Below are positions 13,452 to 25,300 of a stretch of 64,000 bases of DNA, one piece after another. A program made the translations under genes and the position numbers. Each line of letters opens with the position of its first letter. Within the stretch, counting starts at the first letter, position 1. The stretch is from Leptogorgia sarmentosa (Eukaryota): contig OZ210885.1 of assembly GCA_964658305.1 (NCBI GenBank), positions 930,001 to 994,000 on the forward strand. Reading direction: 5' to 3'. The notes under the pieces were generated by a model. That model ran no database searches. It saw only the letters and a program-made list of their open reading frames with translations, and had not been told where the DNA came from.

Positions 13452-13963
13452 ATTTAAGAAATAGATAACGAGTCGCGTGCCATTATGCTGTTATAATGCA
13501 CGAGGGGAATGTTGGGAGAATACGAGAGAATCGCGTAAAACACGAGGCGTAGCTGAGTGTTTTACGCGATTCTCGAGTATTCTCACAACATTGCCCGAGT
13601 GCAATTATAACAGCATAATGGCACGCGACAAGTTTTTCTATTTCTTTTATAATATAAGAGAATATTAGCGCAACAAAAAACTTCGTTAGGAAGATCAAAA
13701 TTACAATTCTCTTTACATGTAATCAAGCGTGTTCTCAAATGTTGCCAAGCAGCAAAACAGCTTTATTCCTTTAGCTGAGCGAAAGCAAACAATTCAAGCG
13801 TTTTTTATGAATGTATTTTTAGTATATATGTATTTTTATTGTCTTTTTGTCAAACCAAAGAGTCGCGGGAGAAATTTAATAGCTAGATGCGTGCATTACG
13901 CTGTTATAATGCACGCTCATTAGCCAATCACGTTGCAGATTTTACCCTACTTATATTATAAAT
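13452..13963. mobile_element. Non-autonomous hairpin-ended (Crypton-like) element c
   Basis: Hairpin at ~13456-13645 with apex GCGTAGC, perfect short IR TTATAATATAAG / CTTATATTATAA, and CCAATCA at 13924. Confidence 0.7.
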
Positions 13964-13967
13964 ATAT

Positions 13968-14290
13968 ATAATGAGCCGTGTTTGTTCCTGAAACTCATCT
14001 GCACTACACTGATGAGTCCCAAAAGAACGAAACGGTTCCATCTGTAGTTAGATACGCTCCATTAGCTGATCAGTGAGGTTATACCGAGGCGGTGTTGAGC
14101 ACTCTACTCAGGACAAGACTATGCTACAAGCCATAGTGCCACGCTCACTGCGCGTGCGCAGTTTGAGCACTCTGGCATAGTTTCGGTGTCCCACAATCTG
14201 TGAGACATCAGACACGACTCATAATGAGCCATGTTTGTTCCTGAAACTCATCTGCACTACACTGATGAGTCCCAAAAGGACGAAACGGTT
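13968..14290 (+). mobile_element. Retrozyme/Penelope-like 253-bp tandem unit with hammerhead ribozyme cores, in a (TA)n tract
   Basis: A 70-bp direct repeat at 13968 and 14221 carries CTGATGA-GTCC-CAAAA-G(G/A)AC-GAAAC in each copy, and the unit is flanked on both sides by ATATAT runs. Confidence 0.75.
14003..14048 (+). ncRNA. Type I hammerhead ribozyme motif (this copy mutated)
   Basis: Stem I ACTACA/TGTAGT, core CTGATGA at 14009-14015, stem II GTCC/GAAC (GGAC in the second copy), GAAAC at 14029-14033, a short stem III, and cleavage triplet ATC where GTC would pair. Confidence 0.75.
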
Positions 14291-14414
14291 ATATATATAT
14301 ACTTTTGGGACTCATCTTTTGGGACGATGGTCTATATGTGTTCACACTGTAATTATGTGTTTAGATGTTTTCTAGTGTGATATGTCTATACTAGCCGGGT
14401 AAGCGAAAATGCTT

Positions 14415-14480
14415 AACCGCGGCGAGAATCGAACTCGCGTCCTTGGTGTTACTAGCCCACACGCTCTGCCTTATGAAGCG
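14415..14480 (-). pseudogene. tRNA-derived (Thr-AGT-like) SINE head or tRNA pseudogene
   Basis: The minus strand reads GGCAGAGCGTGTGGGCTAGTAACACCAAGGACGCGAGTTCGATTCTCGCCGCGG. It has a D-arm remnant, a CTAGTAA anticodon loop and a T-arm GCGAG-TTCGATT-CTCGC (B-box). The acceptor stem is not intact. Confidence 0.65.
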
Positions 14481-14540
14481 TTAGTAAGTACGTTAGTAAG
14501 ACGAGCGAGGGGTTGCTGCATGTGTGTATTTCTAGTCAGT

Positions 14541-15251
14541 ATTAAGGACTTATTAACCGAGTGCGAGGTCTGTACGGGAAAGTATTGCCTGAGGGTTTTC
14601 GTACAGACCGAGCGACGAAGGAGCGAGGTCTGTGCGTTAAAAACCGAAGGCAATACTTTCCCGTACAGACCGAGAAAACGAGGTTAATAAGGGATTTATT
14701 ATATGGCTTTGTTCGATCGCAATTTGTTCTGACATTGTAGAAAGAACTAGAAAACACTTTCGCTGCTGAAACGTTCAGCCGTATACACTCGCATACTGAA
14801 TGGCGGTTTCTGGCCGTTCACTGCTGTACAATTACAACAAAACAATAAAAATACAACAAAAAAAATTGAATAAAGAAATACAATGTAAATGTCGTGATAA
14901 ACAACAAATGTTCGATGCGAAATGAAGCCATTTAAGTGCTGTGAAAACAATGTTCGCAACAGTTTTCGAACTGTTGTTTTGTTCGCCGTTATTTTCACTT
15001 TAAAACTCAGCATTTTGGATCGTGTGTTTTTCTGGGACAGTAAAATTCAATCGGGGAGTGTTCTTCAACGTCACCGTACGGCATAATAAGATTTAGTTTC
15101 CTTAAAAATTTAATTTGTATAATAGTTTCACGAGCGGGCAAGATGACTTTCCTGAGCGGGCAAGATGACTTTCCTGAGCGGGCAAGATGACTTTTTCCGG
15201 ACCGCTAATCAACCAATCAGCGTGCGCCATTTATGTCAGCCATATAATAAA
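14541..15251. mobile_element. Non-autonomous hairpin-ended (Crypton-like) element d
   Basis: Hairpin at ~14549-14691 with apex GAGCGACGAAGGAGCGAG, perfect IR ATTTATTATATGGCT / AGCCATATAATAAAT, CCAATCA at ~15213, and three internal GAGCGGGCAAGATGACTTT repeats. Confidence 0.7.
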
Positions 15252-15260
15252 TTTGCATAA

Positions 15261-15405
15261 AGCTCACTCAAAGCCATATTCACAAATACGTGCGTGGGCG
15301 ATCGGCTTGAACAGTTCGACTTCCTATACCAATATCGATATCGATGTTTTAACTTCCCCGTTCACAATCTTGGTTGCCAGAGTATCAAAGCATTAAGTCA
15401 TCAGG
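15261..15405 (-). repeat. Right arm of the diverged inverted repeat pair (partner 11710-11826)
   Basis: TCACTCAAAGCCATATTCA, CGTGGGCGATCGGC, TTCCCCGTTCA, GGTTGCCAGAGT, GCATTAAGTCA. Confidence 0.75.
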
Positions 15406-16341
15406 ACGAATAAAGTATCGAAGCTCTTTTTCTTTGAGGTGAAGTGCACTTTTACGTATATGCCTGTCAATGCCTAGTGCCTTTCTCACCAGATTCCCCC
15501 CCCAACTTCAATGTGCTTCCTAAACCCCAGCACAAAACGATTTTGAACGACAATTCACACCAGGACGGGCTATTTAGACAATCAAATCTCGTGCAACTTT
15601 ATTTGCATTGCGAATCACCGTTGAAAATCATACCGTGCCGGTACATCAGCTAGCCTAAGGTATTTTAGCTATAGAGGTACGCGATGTGTGCATATGCCTA
15701 TGGTATAGTGATAATCGACTGATGGAGTATACATCCAAATACTGTAATATAATTTTTTAATCTTTTTCCTGTATATTTACTTCAGAATATGCAGAGGTAC
15801 GAGAAACTAGATTCATATCAATTTGTTAAAAAGTATGTTTAAAGAAAAGATTTTGCTCTCGGATTCGCACTCTCTAGGATACACAATTGCAAATTTTTGC
15901 GAATTCGGAAGTCTTTTATCCATGCACTATCTGTTATAAATTTGTATTGGATCGAAACCATTCAAACCAATATCGAAACATTCCGCATTTCAAGTCTAAA
16001 CAGCATCTTAGTTTGTTTGTAAAGTTGAGAACTTGAACACCATCTTCCAAATATAAAAATTTTTTTATTCGAATTCTATTTTTTTAGCAAGAGCCATTGA
16101 TGTTGCACTATTGATTAAGTCCTGCTGCACCATCATACGTCACCCGATCACGATCCGAGACTCTCCGAATGATCACGGAAGCTCTAGACAATAGTTTACC
16201 ATATACGGATACATGTCTTTTCCTAACCGGAACCCATGCGGAACAAGAATTGCAAATTGCAAATAATTTTGCAACGTAATGATTGTGTCAGTATGTTCCT
16301 TGGTGTTTAATAACTATTTTTAAAATAATTCAGTGGCAATA

Positions 16342-19300
16342 ATGGGAGCCTTATCTGCCGTGTATACTTTGTGTACTTTGTCGTTCATCGTGCTTTCAAG
16401 ACACAAGACAGGTGAAATAAAAAGGCTGTTCTACTATTTCTGTTGTCATGCATTTGTGTACTTTATATAAGTGTGTCAATGTATAAAATCCCTGTTGATA
16501 TTGTCTTGACTTGAAAAGAAAGCTTTTATTTACCTTTTTGACTTTCTTTTGCTTTCAATACAGATGTCAAAAGTATTGATTAAAATATACTTACCTTTTG
16601 CAATACGTATATCCGATTTGAGAATTCAACTTGCGACATTTAGTATAAATTTAATTTGATATCTTAATCCGTCTTTTAACCAATTAGATGCAAGATTGAC
16701 GAATGATATTCTGCACCACAATGCCAGACTTTTAAAAGATATAAAATCATACGAGATTATTACACCGTACAGACTAGAAGGTCGAAAGAAACGTCACGCT
16801 TCCACAAAGATTACCGTACGTAAAATTGATCACGTATTAATAAAAAATTATATCAATTATATAGCTTGAATATGATTTCTATATTTTCCGTATTTTGGAA
16901 AAACTTTGGTTATATTTTAATTTTGCAATATGCTTAATATTCAATGATAAATATTAACTTGATTTCAACGGCATATATCAGTTGATGAATATTTGCGTAT
17001 TTGTACACTAATTATATTGGCTATATTTTGTTTAATAGTCTGGTCATCTTCAAGATACAACTATTGTATTTCCTGGCAAAAAAAAGAGTTTCCATCTAGA
17101 CATATCCCTTAACACGTGAGTTTTAAATACATGGTATTATTTTTAATTCATGTCGTTTTTGCTATGACTGCATGACGAAGCATCTAAAATTATGGTTATC
17201 ATTTGCTAACCGGAAACCAAGAGGAATATGAATTGCACTGCATGAATGTCAATAAATTTTCTTCACTGTATCAGTATTTTCTTAGTATTTTATAATTTCG
17301 CTTAAAGAAAAAGATTATGTATAGTTTATTTTTTTCATATACGCAAGGTTTGGACGTCAGTATCAGTCTATCAGATTATCTTTCAAGCATCATTCGCAAC
17401 GGAACTCTAAATTCTTGCTTATTTATAGCCAGGGCTAACCGCTGGTCTTTGAGTGGTGTGGCGTTGGGCCAATATATAGTTGCTCTTTAACTCATGATTG
17501 CATTCCAAACACGGTCTGTTGGAAAATAGAATCGTGGATGCTATCCAATCTTGACTTAGCTTTCTCCGTCTACATTCCTTGCTTCACTTTTTCACCGCGG
17601 GCTGGCGTTTCAGACTTTTTTTTGTTAACTTCGTAAAGTTCTTGATGGTCGTGAGCCACTCTGTTATCAGGGTTTTCAAATCCGCGGTTTTATACAACGT
17701 GTCTTTGATGCAATGATTGCTTTATCTTCATTCATATTGTCAATCTTGAATGTTTCATTCCGCTGCTGTCCGCTGCTGTTGTTTTGTTGAATCGTTTGGC
17801 AACGTTTTGGACAATGAATTTCGAGCAATCGCATGTTTACGTCAAAAACCTCGTTTAGATATAGCTATAGACCGCTTTCAAGATCATTATTCGTATTGCA
17901 GACTTCGTGTGCCCTTTTCACCAACACTTTGATAGTGAATGACATGTGTGGGGCTGGTTGGTATGACGAATCATCGGAATTTTGTCGGAAGTTTAAATAA
18001 AACAAATGTAAAAAATATTGCGCGGGAAATTTTTTGTAATGTCTCTTGCAGGGGGAACTGTACTCCCAACAGAAAACATTAGGTTAATTTTAGAATAATT
18101 TCAAAACAAAAGCTAATGAAACATCGACATCCTTAATGTTTAAAACTAAGATAATATACCAGGTATAAAAACAAGTATCGGTGTTTGATTATACCGTTTA
18201 AACTGGACAAGTAGTTTCAGTCAGAAAGCTAAGGCTTCATCGAATTCAGAAGGGCCTAACTTAAATTTTGATATCATGACTCGAGGATATTGAAGCAATT
18301 TCGAATGAGATATTCGAGTAATTCCCGAGCACCACTTTGAAACATATATATAGTTAACTTATATGATCGTTTCTAAAAGTACACACGAGTGGACCACGGG
18401 TGACCACGAGTGACCACGGATGACCACGAGTGACCACGAATGGACCACGGGTGACCACGAGTGACCACGGATGACCATGGATGGACCACGAGTGACCACG
18501 AGTGACCACGAGTGAAAAAGATCGGTTTCAGAGAGAAAAATTGAAAAATAAATATTTTTTTCATTTTTGTTTAATTAAAAATTAAAATGGAAATATTCAA
18601 AGTGGAAGAGAAAAAGATGGCGGCCGAAATTTGTTCGGCACAGGCAGTTTGCACAAATTTTAGCTATGTTTTAGCACAATTTGTGGACCCTCTCTTTTCA
18701 AAAACAAGGGAATACTGTAAAGAATTATTTTAGCTTGGATTTAAATGTAAGTTGGTTTGTTTATTTAGTATGTTAGCGGCTAAAATGTTCGTTATACAAA
18801 CAAGAAATCATGTAGCAAAATTCGTAAATTAATAATAATTTAATCTTTTATAAATATATATCATTTTTTACTGAAATGACATGGGATCCTCACTGGTTGT
18901 ATTCCTCTATGTCCTCCAGTTTGTTAAGCAGAGAAAAATATCAATATGTAAAAAAGTCAATATGAATAATATCCTAGAAGTGTACTCTAGTAGTTCCAAT
19001 CAACTTCTACTACAGGATAACCACACATAACGCAGCTATTTTATACCATTTGGATACTTATGTCAAATGTACGGATAACGTTTCTTTGTTGTTCTGACAG
19101 ATTCTCCCACAACGAACGACTAACATTCACCACACCTGAGAACAATGGATTCTTTTTGGCAATGTGCGAATGGGCTGGGTGGTAATAGGTGTTGTTGTAA
19201 TCAGGACTGAACACAATTTGTCCACTGTGTTCGTCACGTCGCATTACTCGACGGTCAACATGCTTAACAACGATGTTAAATGGAGGCACTCTGTATTTAT

Positions 19301-22300
19301 CATTGAATTCTGTACCACAACCATAACATTTCTTTACTATATTTGATAAAATACAGAGTGAATAAGGATGTGGAGACATGCCTGCATGCCAAAGAGCCTG
19401 TGCTTCCTGTTGAAATTGAGCACTTTGTACATACTGTACCGAACGAAGAGGATTCGAAAATGGTTGCTGGACAAGACAGTCCGTTCTATTGGCAGTACGA
19501 GTACCTACAACATTAGCCACAGGAAATTGTGGGAATTGGGCTGGAAAACTTGTGCTATTCACTTGTATGTCTGGATGAATATTTTCAAAGAATCCCAACT
19601 GCGACCTTTGCAGCACGGACTGTGTCTGTGATTGTAGTGACCTGAAATGTGGAGCGGTAGCGGTTTGGTTAAGAACACTGTTACTAATCTGTATGTCAGA
19701 ATTACTTGTTGATTGGTGTATTGTCATTGGCTGGTTTGACGGCGTAACAGAAATACTTGGATTATGCGCTAACACTGGCTTTGTTTTACAGGTACTTGAG
19801 TGAGATTCTTTGCCGCCACTTTTCTTTGATTGCCTCATTGCTTTTTTGCCAATCTCATTAAGCTTTTGACCTTTCTCGGAAATCTTCAAATTTGACTCTA
19901 TTGCAGCCGTGATGTTCACACCAGCTGTGGACTTTTTCTTTCCTTTTTGACGCAAAAGTTTCATGCGCAGATCGGAAAGATACTGGAATAAAAGACCCTG
20001 GGTCTCAGCGACAGCTACAGTGTCGGCACACAAGCCAATCCCTTTAAACGTGCTACAATCACAGGAAAACAGATTCGTTTTCTTGTTCAAGGGTCGAACG
20101 AGAAGAGGAACTCCGCCATCTTTACTCTTAACTGTTCGATATCTTGGATCATTCGATGCAGCTTGCCTAATAGCGCCTTCCTCGTTCAAAAGAAATTCGG
20201 CTTTGTGAAAGATCTGCTGTAACATCGCCAGTCTTACACATTCTACAGGTATACAGGCCTCCTCCGCCGAGATACTCAAAACCTTTGGGCAAGTGGATAT
20301 ATCACCTTCACGCAAACAAGCGCTGGTAACTGTGTTATCATCTTCTAGAGAATCATCTTCGTCTAGGTATACGGTTGGATGAACAGTTGGCTTGTCACAT
20401 TGGTCAGATGGCTTGTCACATTGATCTTGTGTAGGAGGAATCTGTTGCCTTCTTGCACTGAAAAAGTGATGTACGACGTTTTCTCTGCGCTCTTTTTCCA
20501 TGCCTTTCCACTCGTCATATGTGCACTGATGATCTTTGAAATCTTCAGAGACACGGTAGGGACCTTCTCCATATAGAGCTTTTACAGCGTCCGAGTAAAG
20601 GCGGATGGTTCTCGCCTTCATTGCAGCAAAGGTCGCTGGTAGTGGGGCATTAACGTGATTCATACCCTCACATTTCATTGCGTCATCGATTTCTTTTTTT
20701 GTCATATAGTGCATCCATTCTATAGGATTCTGCCCGTAACGCCTACTAACTCCCGCTTTTTCTCTGACAAACTTCGTCATACATTGCCGAATTTTTTCTT
20801 CTTTATGTTTCTCGAAATATGAAACAAACTTTGGTGGATTATTTCGGGTGGAAGATTTCTCGATTTCCATCCATTCTTCCTTCATTCTTGAGACGGTTTG
20901 AAAAAACTCTTCCTCGCTTCCACAATCACACAAACATTGGCTGTTTTTTGCTGAAGGAGAACCAAATATATCAGTGATAATTCGACGCTTTGATGCATTT
21001 GGGAACTTCAACTCTTCTAATTTTTTCTCAATATTTGCTTTTACGTGCTCTTCACCAAGAAGATGTACAGTGCTAGCCGCGCACTCTGACAAGATGCCAT
21101 TGTAAACAGCGGTTTCCTCGTCTGTCCCGAAAACTGTCAAATTTTCAAGCGCTGGGCATCTTCTTTTGACAGCTTGCCAAAAATATTTAAAAACGTCTTG
21201 GCACTTGCTACGATGCACTAGAAGTGGACCAGGGAACCAGGGATGTTTTCCGGCTGCTTTCGAAACGACGGAGATATTCTGGTATGCGGTTTGAGTGAAA
21301 TAAAATTCACTTATGTTAAACGTCGTGTCAATTGCTAAGGGGACACCAGACATGGTTTTTCCGACACAAAACCTCTCTAGATCTTTTACGGTTTGATCAA
21401 GATAGGCAACAATCGTAGGTTGGTTGCCGTCCTGCAAAAGAAATTCTCGAATGTAGGGCTGCAGTTGGTCGATAACTTCATGTGCTTCCTGTTTTCTCTG
21501 ACCCAAAAGTTCAATTATTATTTCTTGTAGTTCGTCAACATGTTTGCTTTTACCGTAGTTATATCTAGAAGCAAAACATATCATTATTTGAATTATGGAT
21601 GAGTTTGGTTTACGTTAGGACAAAAGAGTGAGATTACAGTATATAACGAGTATTTCCTATGTAAATGTAGCACTGTATGCACTAATTATATTATATATAT
21701 ATATATATTAATCTAAGAACTTACCCACCACCACTTGCACACTTAAGCATACCTGTAATTGCTAATCTGCTTTGGGTCCCGGACAATTTCACAATCCGAC
21801 TCTACATCAAGTAAGGGTACGTTTTCTGTAGACTCTTGTGCAATTACTCGAGGTGCTCTATTATCACTTGCAACGCTTTCTCGTAAAGCAACTTTAGTTG
21901 AATGTTGACGTGGCCTGAACTCGGTAGCATTGCCTGATTTGGCATTTCCGTGTGCCTGTCCGTGAATCGGTACGACGTGACCACCGGTGAAATAATAGTG
22001 CACAATAATGTGGGGATTAACTAACATGTACTCCTTCAAATCCTTAATTCTTCCTTTGACATGGTTATACTCATGAATTGACATCACAAAAATGATTACT
22101 CTGGCAAAAGAAGACTTTTCTTTCTTGAGCGTTTCCTTGTGAACCGCTCTTCGTCTAATGACTGCATACAGCTTGGCGAGATCAACTACCGTGGGTTTCC
22201 ATCCTTTGCTTGTACGTTCATTGTAGGTACCAGAAACAACCTCACCACTTTCATCGCGTATAACATGAACCTCTGAACTCACAGTAAAATTATCAATTTC

Positions 22301-25300
22301 GCCATCAACTTCATAAAAACGGACCGAATCCTTCTTTGAGAAAGCTCCAGCAATGTCATCTGCATCCAAGTCAAAAGGATGTTTGAGGTTGATAAGAGTT
22401 TGCTTCACCACAAACGTTGCATTTTCCTTGATTCTGAGCGGTTTTTTCTTTACAACTAAGTCTGATGCAGGTCCAAACTTACAGATTTTTATAATTTGCT
22501 CTTTGTTTGGCCCAGCAAAATCGGATCCCGCCTTCACCATTGGCAAATCCAAATTTCCTTCATAATATGATATCGCTGACTCAGCCTTGTCATTAATCCC
22601 ATCTTCAAAATCAAAATATATCAACAACTTTAGGCTGCACTGATTACATATTCTTTTCAAAATGTTTGATTTTAGCAATGATGGTACCATTTTGAATATC
22701 AAATCCAAATTTTTCTTGTCTGTAATTTTGTATATTAACCCCAAGTAAAAAATTAATTCCTTTTTCAACCCCCCTCCCCCCCCCTCCTTTACATTTGGAA
22801 AATTTTCACCCCTCAGAATCCTCTGCTACAGTGCCACTGTGTGGGTCTGGGTGTGGACAGCATGCGAGGGGCTGCCTCCTCTGGTGAGGAGTGACTCCCT
22901 CTCGGAAATGCTTCCAAAAGCATTTTTTTATGAAAAGATTGCATCTTTAGACATTAGAGGGGGTAACATAAAATATTTTTGTCATCTACTATACTAATTG
23001 AGGATTCTGCAGTTTCGATAAGGGGCAGCATCCATACTCAACTTGCCACGAGAAACGTCAACCATGGCTACTTAAAAACAACTGTTTAATACAATAATAC
23101 GAACTGTTCGATCAAGTGAAATTATAGCCTTGATTGGCACCGTTTAAAGTCTATAAGGAAATAAAAAGTTTGTGTATTCTGTATATTTTTTTTTGGATCA
23201 GGGAACATGTCACAGGTTTGTGTTTTTAAAGTGCGTTTTTAAATATAATTTATATTTAAGACAAAATAATTTTATATTGCACCTTTATAATATGCCAAAT
23301 TGCCACATGCAAAACGTCATACTAAATAACCCCCTCCCCCCACAAACGTCAAATTGACGTTCCTCGTGGCAAGTTGAATATGGATGCCAACCTAAAAATA
23401 CACAAAATAAATCGCAATGGAAAGACTCAAAATTTCAAAATTCACCCCGGCCGCTCTTTCCCAAACTGTCTCACACCTTCGGCGTTCACACTTGGGCTCC
23501 TACAAGGTGATCCATACCTTCTAAATCATGATCCGACTCCTCATCTGTTACTACTTTGATACTTTCGAAATCAAGCCGCTTGCGAAAATTCGACATTTTA
23601 CTACTAGTTTCTTCATTGTCGTCGTCATCCACGACAATAGTTTCGATATCTTCACTTTCGGAATTCAAATTCTCGATTTTTACAGTTGCAAGTCGCTTTG
23701 CGGTATTGCTATAAATTAATGCTTTCGGGCTAAATTCCTTTCGCTTTCCATCCATTTTTAAATATTTTGCGAGCGTGGCGTGAGCATAGGGCCTGGGCAT
23801 CAGCATGGACGTGGCTACTCAGAGGATGATGAGGATCATCCGTGGTCATCCGTGGCCATTCGTGGTCATCCGTGGTCACTCGTGGTCACTCGTGGTCCAT
23901 CCGTGGTCATTCGTGGTCACTCGTGGTCATCCGTGGTCACTCGTGGTCACCCGTGGTCCACTCGTGTGTACTTTTAGAAACGATCAACTTATATTGGTCT
24001 TACAGATATTTCGTTTTCATTTCCCGGTGGACCCAAAAGCAAAATATATTGTTTGTTAAATAAGTTTAAGTTCGGTAAAAGATCATGAACAAATATGAAT
24101 TGACGCAGGCTAACATTGTTTTCAATCTAAAACCATGAAATAATGCCAGAGCAAGCTATTTTAAAATATACGGCAATACTCGCAAAAAAATAGCAGAATG
24201 ACCTCAAAGAAATTTAATATAGGCTTCAGTTTAAAAAAATTTATAACTCGCATCCTATCGAATGAAATTAACGTTCATACAAGTGCGGTATATCAAAAAT
24301 ATAAGCTAGCCTTCTGCCAACACTACAAAACCTAGCTACCTGAAAGCTACAACTGGTAGTTCTAATACATTATATTAGGTCAAACACTTTTTCTTGAGAC
24401 ACCCGCGGTATATACATGCATGCCTGCCGTAAAATAACCATAGCCGACCCAGGAACCGGTCAGCTCGAACAGGTCACGTGCACTTGATATGTTTTACAAT
24501 ATATAATATTTACAAAGAAAAAAAATCACACTCAATTATAGAGTATATGTTTAATATAACACGCAATTGCTAATTGCTAAATCTGGACACTTATAGGGGT
24601 TTGTTTAGTCCACAATTTGAAGAAACCTCAAGCGATGATCCTAAATTGGTAGGTCTCCCAGCATGGATACGCTAGTCACAATGCTTCCAGTTAATTTAAC
24701 GTACACCTGTACTTTATATATCAAGTCTCAGTTCTAATCTCGTTTCATCAGGTACCACATGAGCATTGTTTTTATCATGGGACAGTCAGAGGAGAGGACA
24801 ATTCAGATGTTTCATTGAGTACCTGTGATGGAATAGAGTAAGTTTATTGTGACGCGTGCATGAATACATTTATTATTATCTTTTGGAAGTTGAGTTGTTA
24901 CTGCACAAAGCAAATTGCTTATTTGTAATGTGGTAACTTTGCACATGTTTGTTTGATTATTTTGGTACCCTAGCGGAACGTATGGAACGCAATACCAAGT
25001 CATGTCAAAGATATAGTCCAACATTAGCGCTAGCTAAATACTTTTAAACGATCAATCAAAAACTGGCTTTTAACGGATAATGAATCTATTAGTTAGTGAT
25101 ATTAATATAGATTTTTATACTTCCAATATCTTATCGTAGTTTATAGCATTGTATATATTTAATTTAAGTACGGGGAGGTTCTAAATAAATATTGTATTAT
25201 TGTATTTAGTGAAAATAACTGTCATTACTGATATAACTATATAATGTTATTATTTGAAATTCAAATTAGCTGCATTCCATCATTTAATCGCACCGACGTT

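Larger units (their letters stand above)
18365..23985 (-). mobile_element. Full-length Mutator-like (MULE) DNA transposon, 5621 bp, in ADAM intron 3
   Basis: TIR GATCGTTTCTAAAAGTACACACGAGTGGACCACGGGTGACCACG at both ends, continuing into arrays of ~10-bp TGACCACG(A/G)N repeats. Perfect 9-bp TSD AACTTATAT at 18356-18364 and 23986-23994. Confidence 0.95.

Noticed and set aside
14415..14480. Functional tRNA-Thr gene
   Set aside because: The acceptor stem and D-arm are not intact, so it is treated as a tRNA-derived repeat.
21743..22768. 341-aa ORF as a separate gene
   Set aside because: Its first ~55 codons are intronic, and the rest splices in frame as transposase exon 2.
23780..24063. ORFs with HPWS/VVTRG repeats (also 18373-18564)
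   Set aside because: They are translations of the MULE subterminal decamer arrays.
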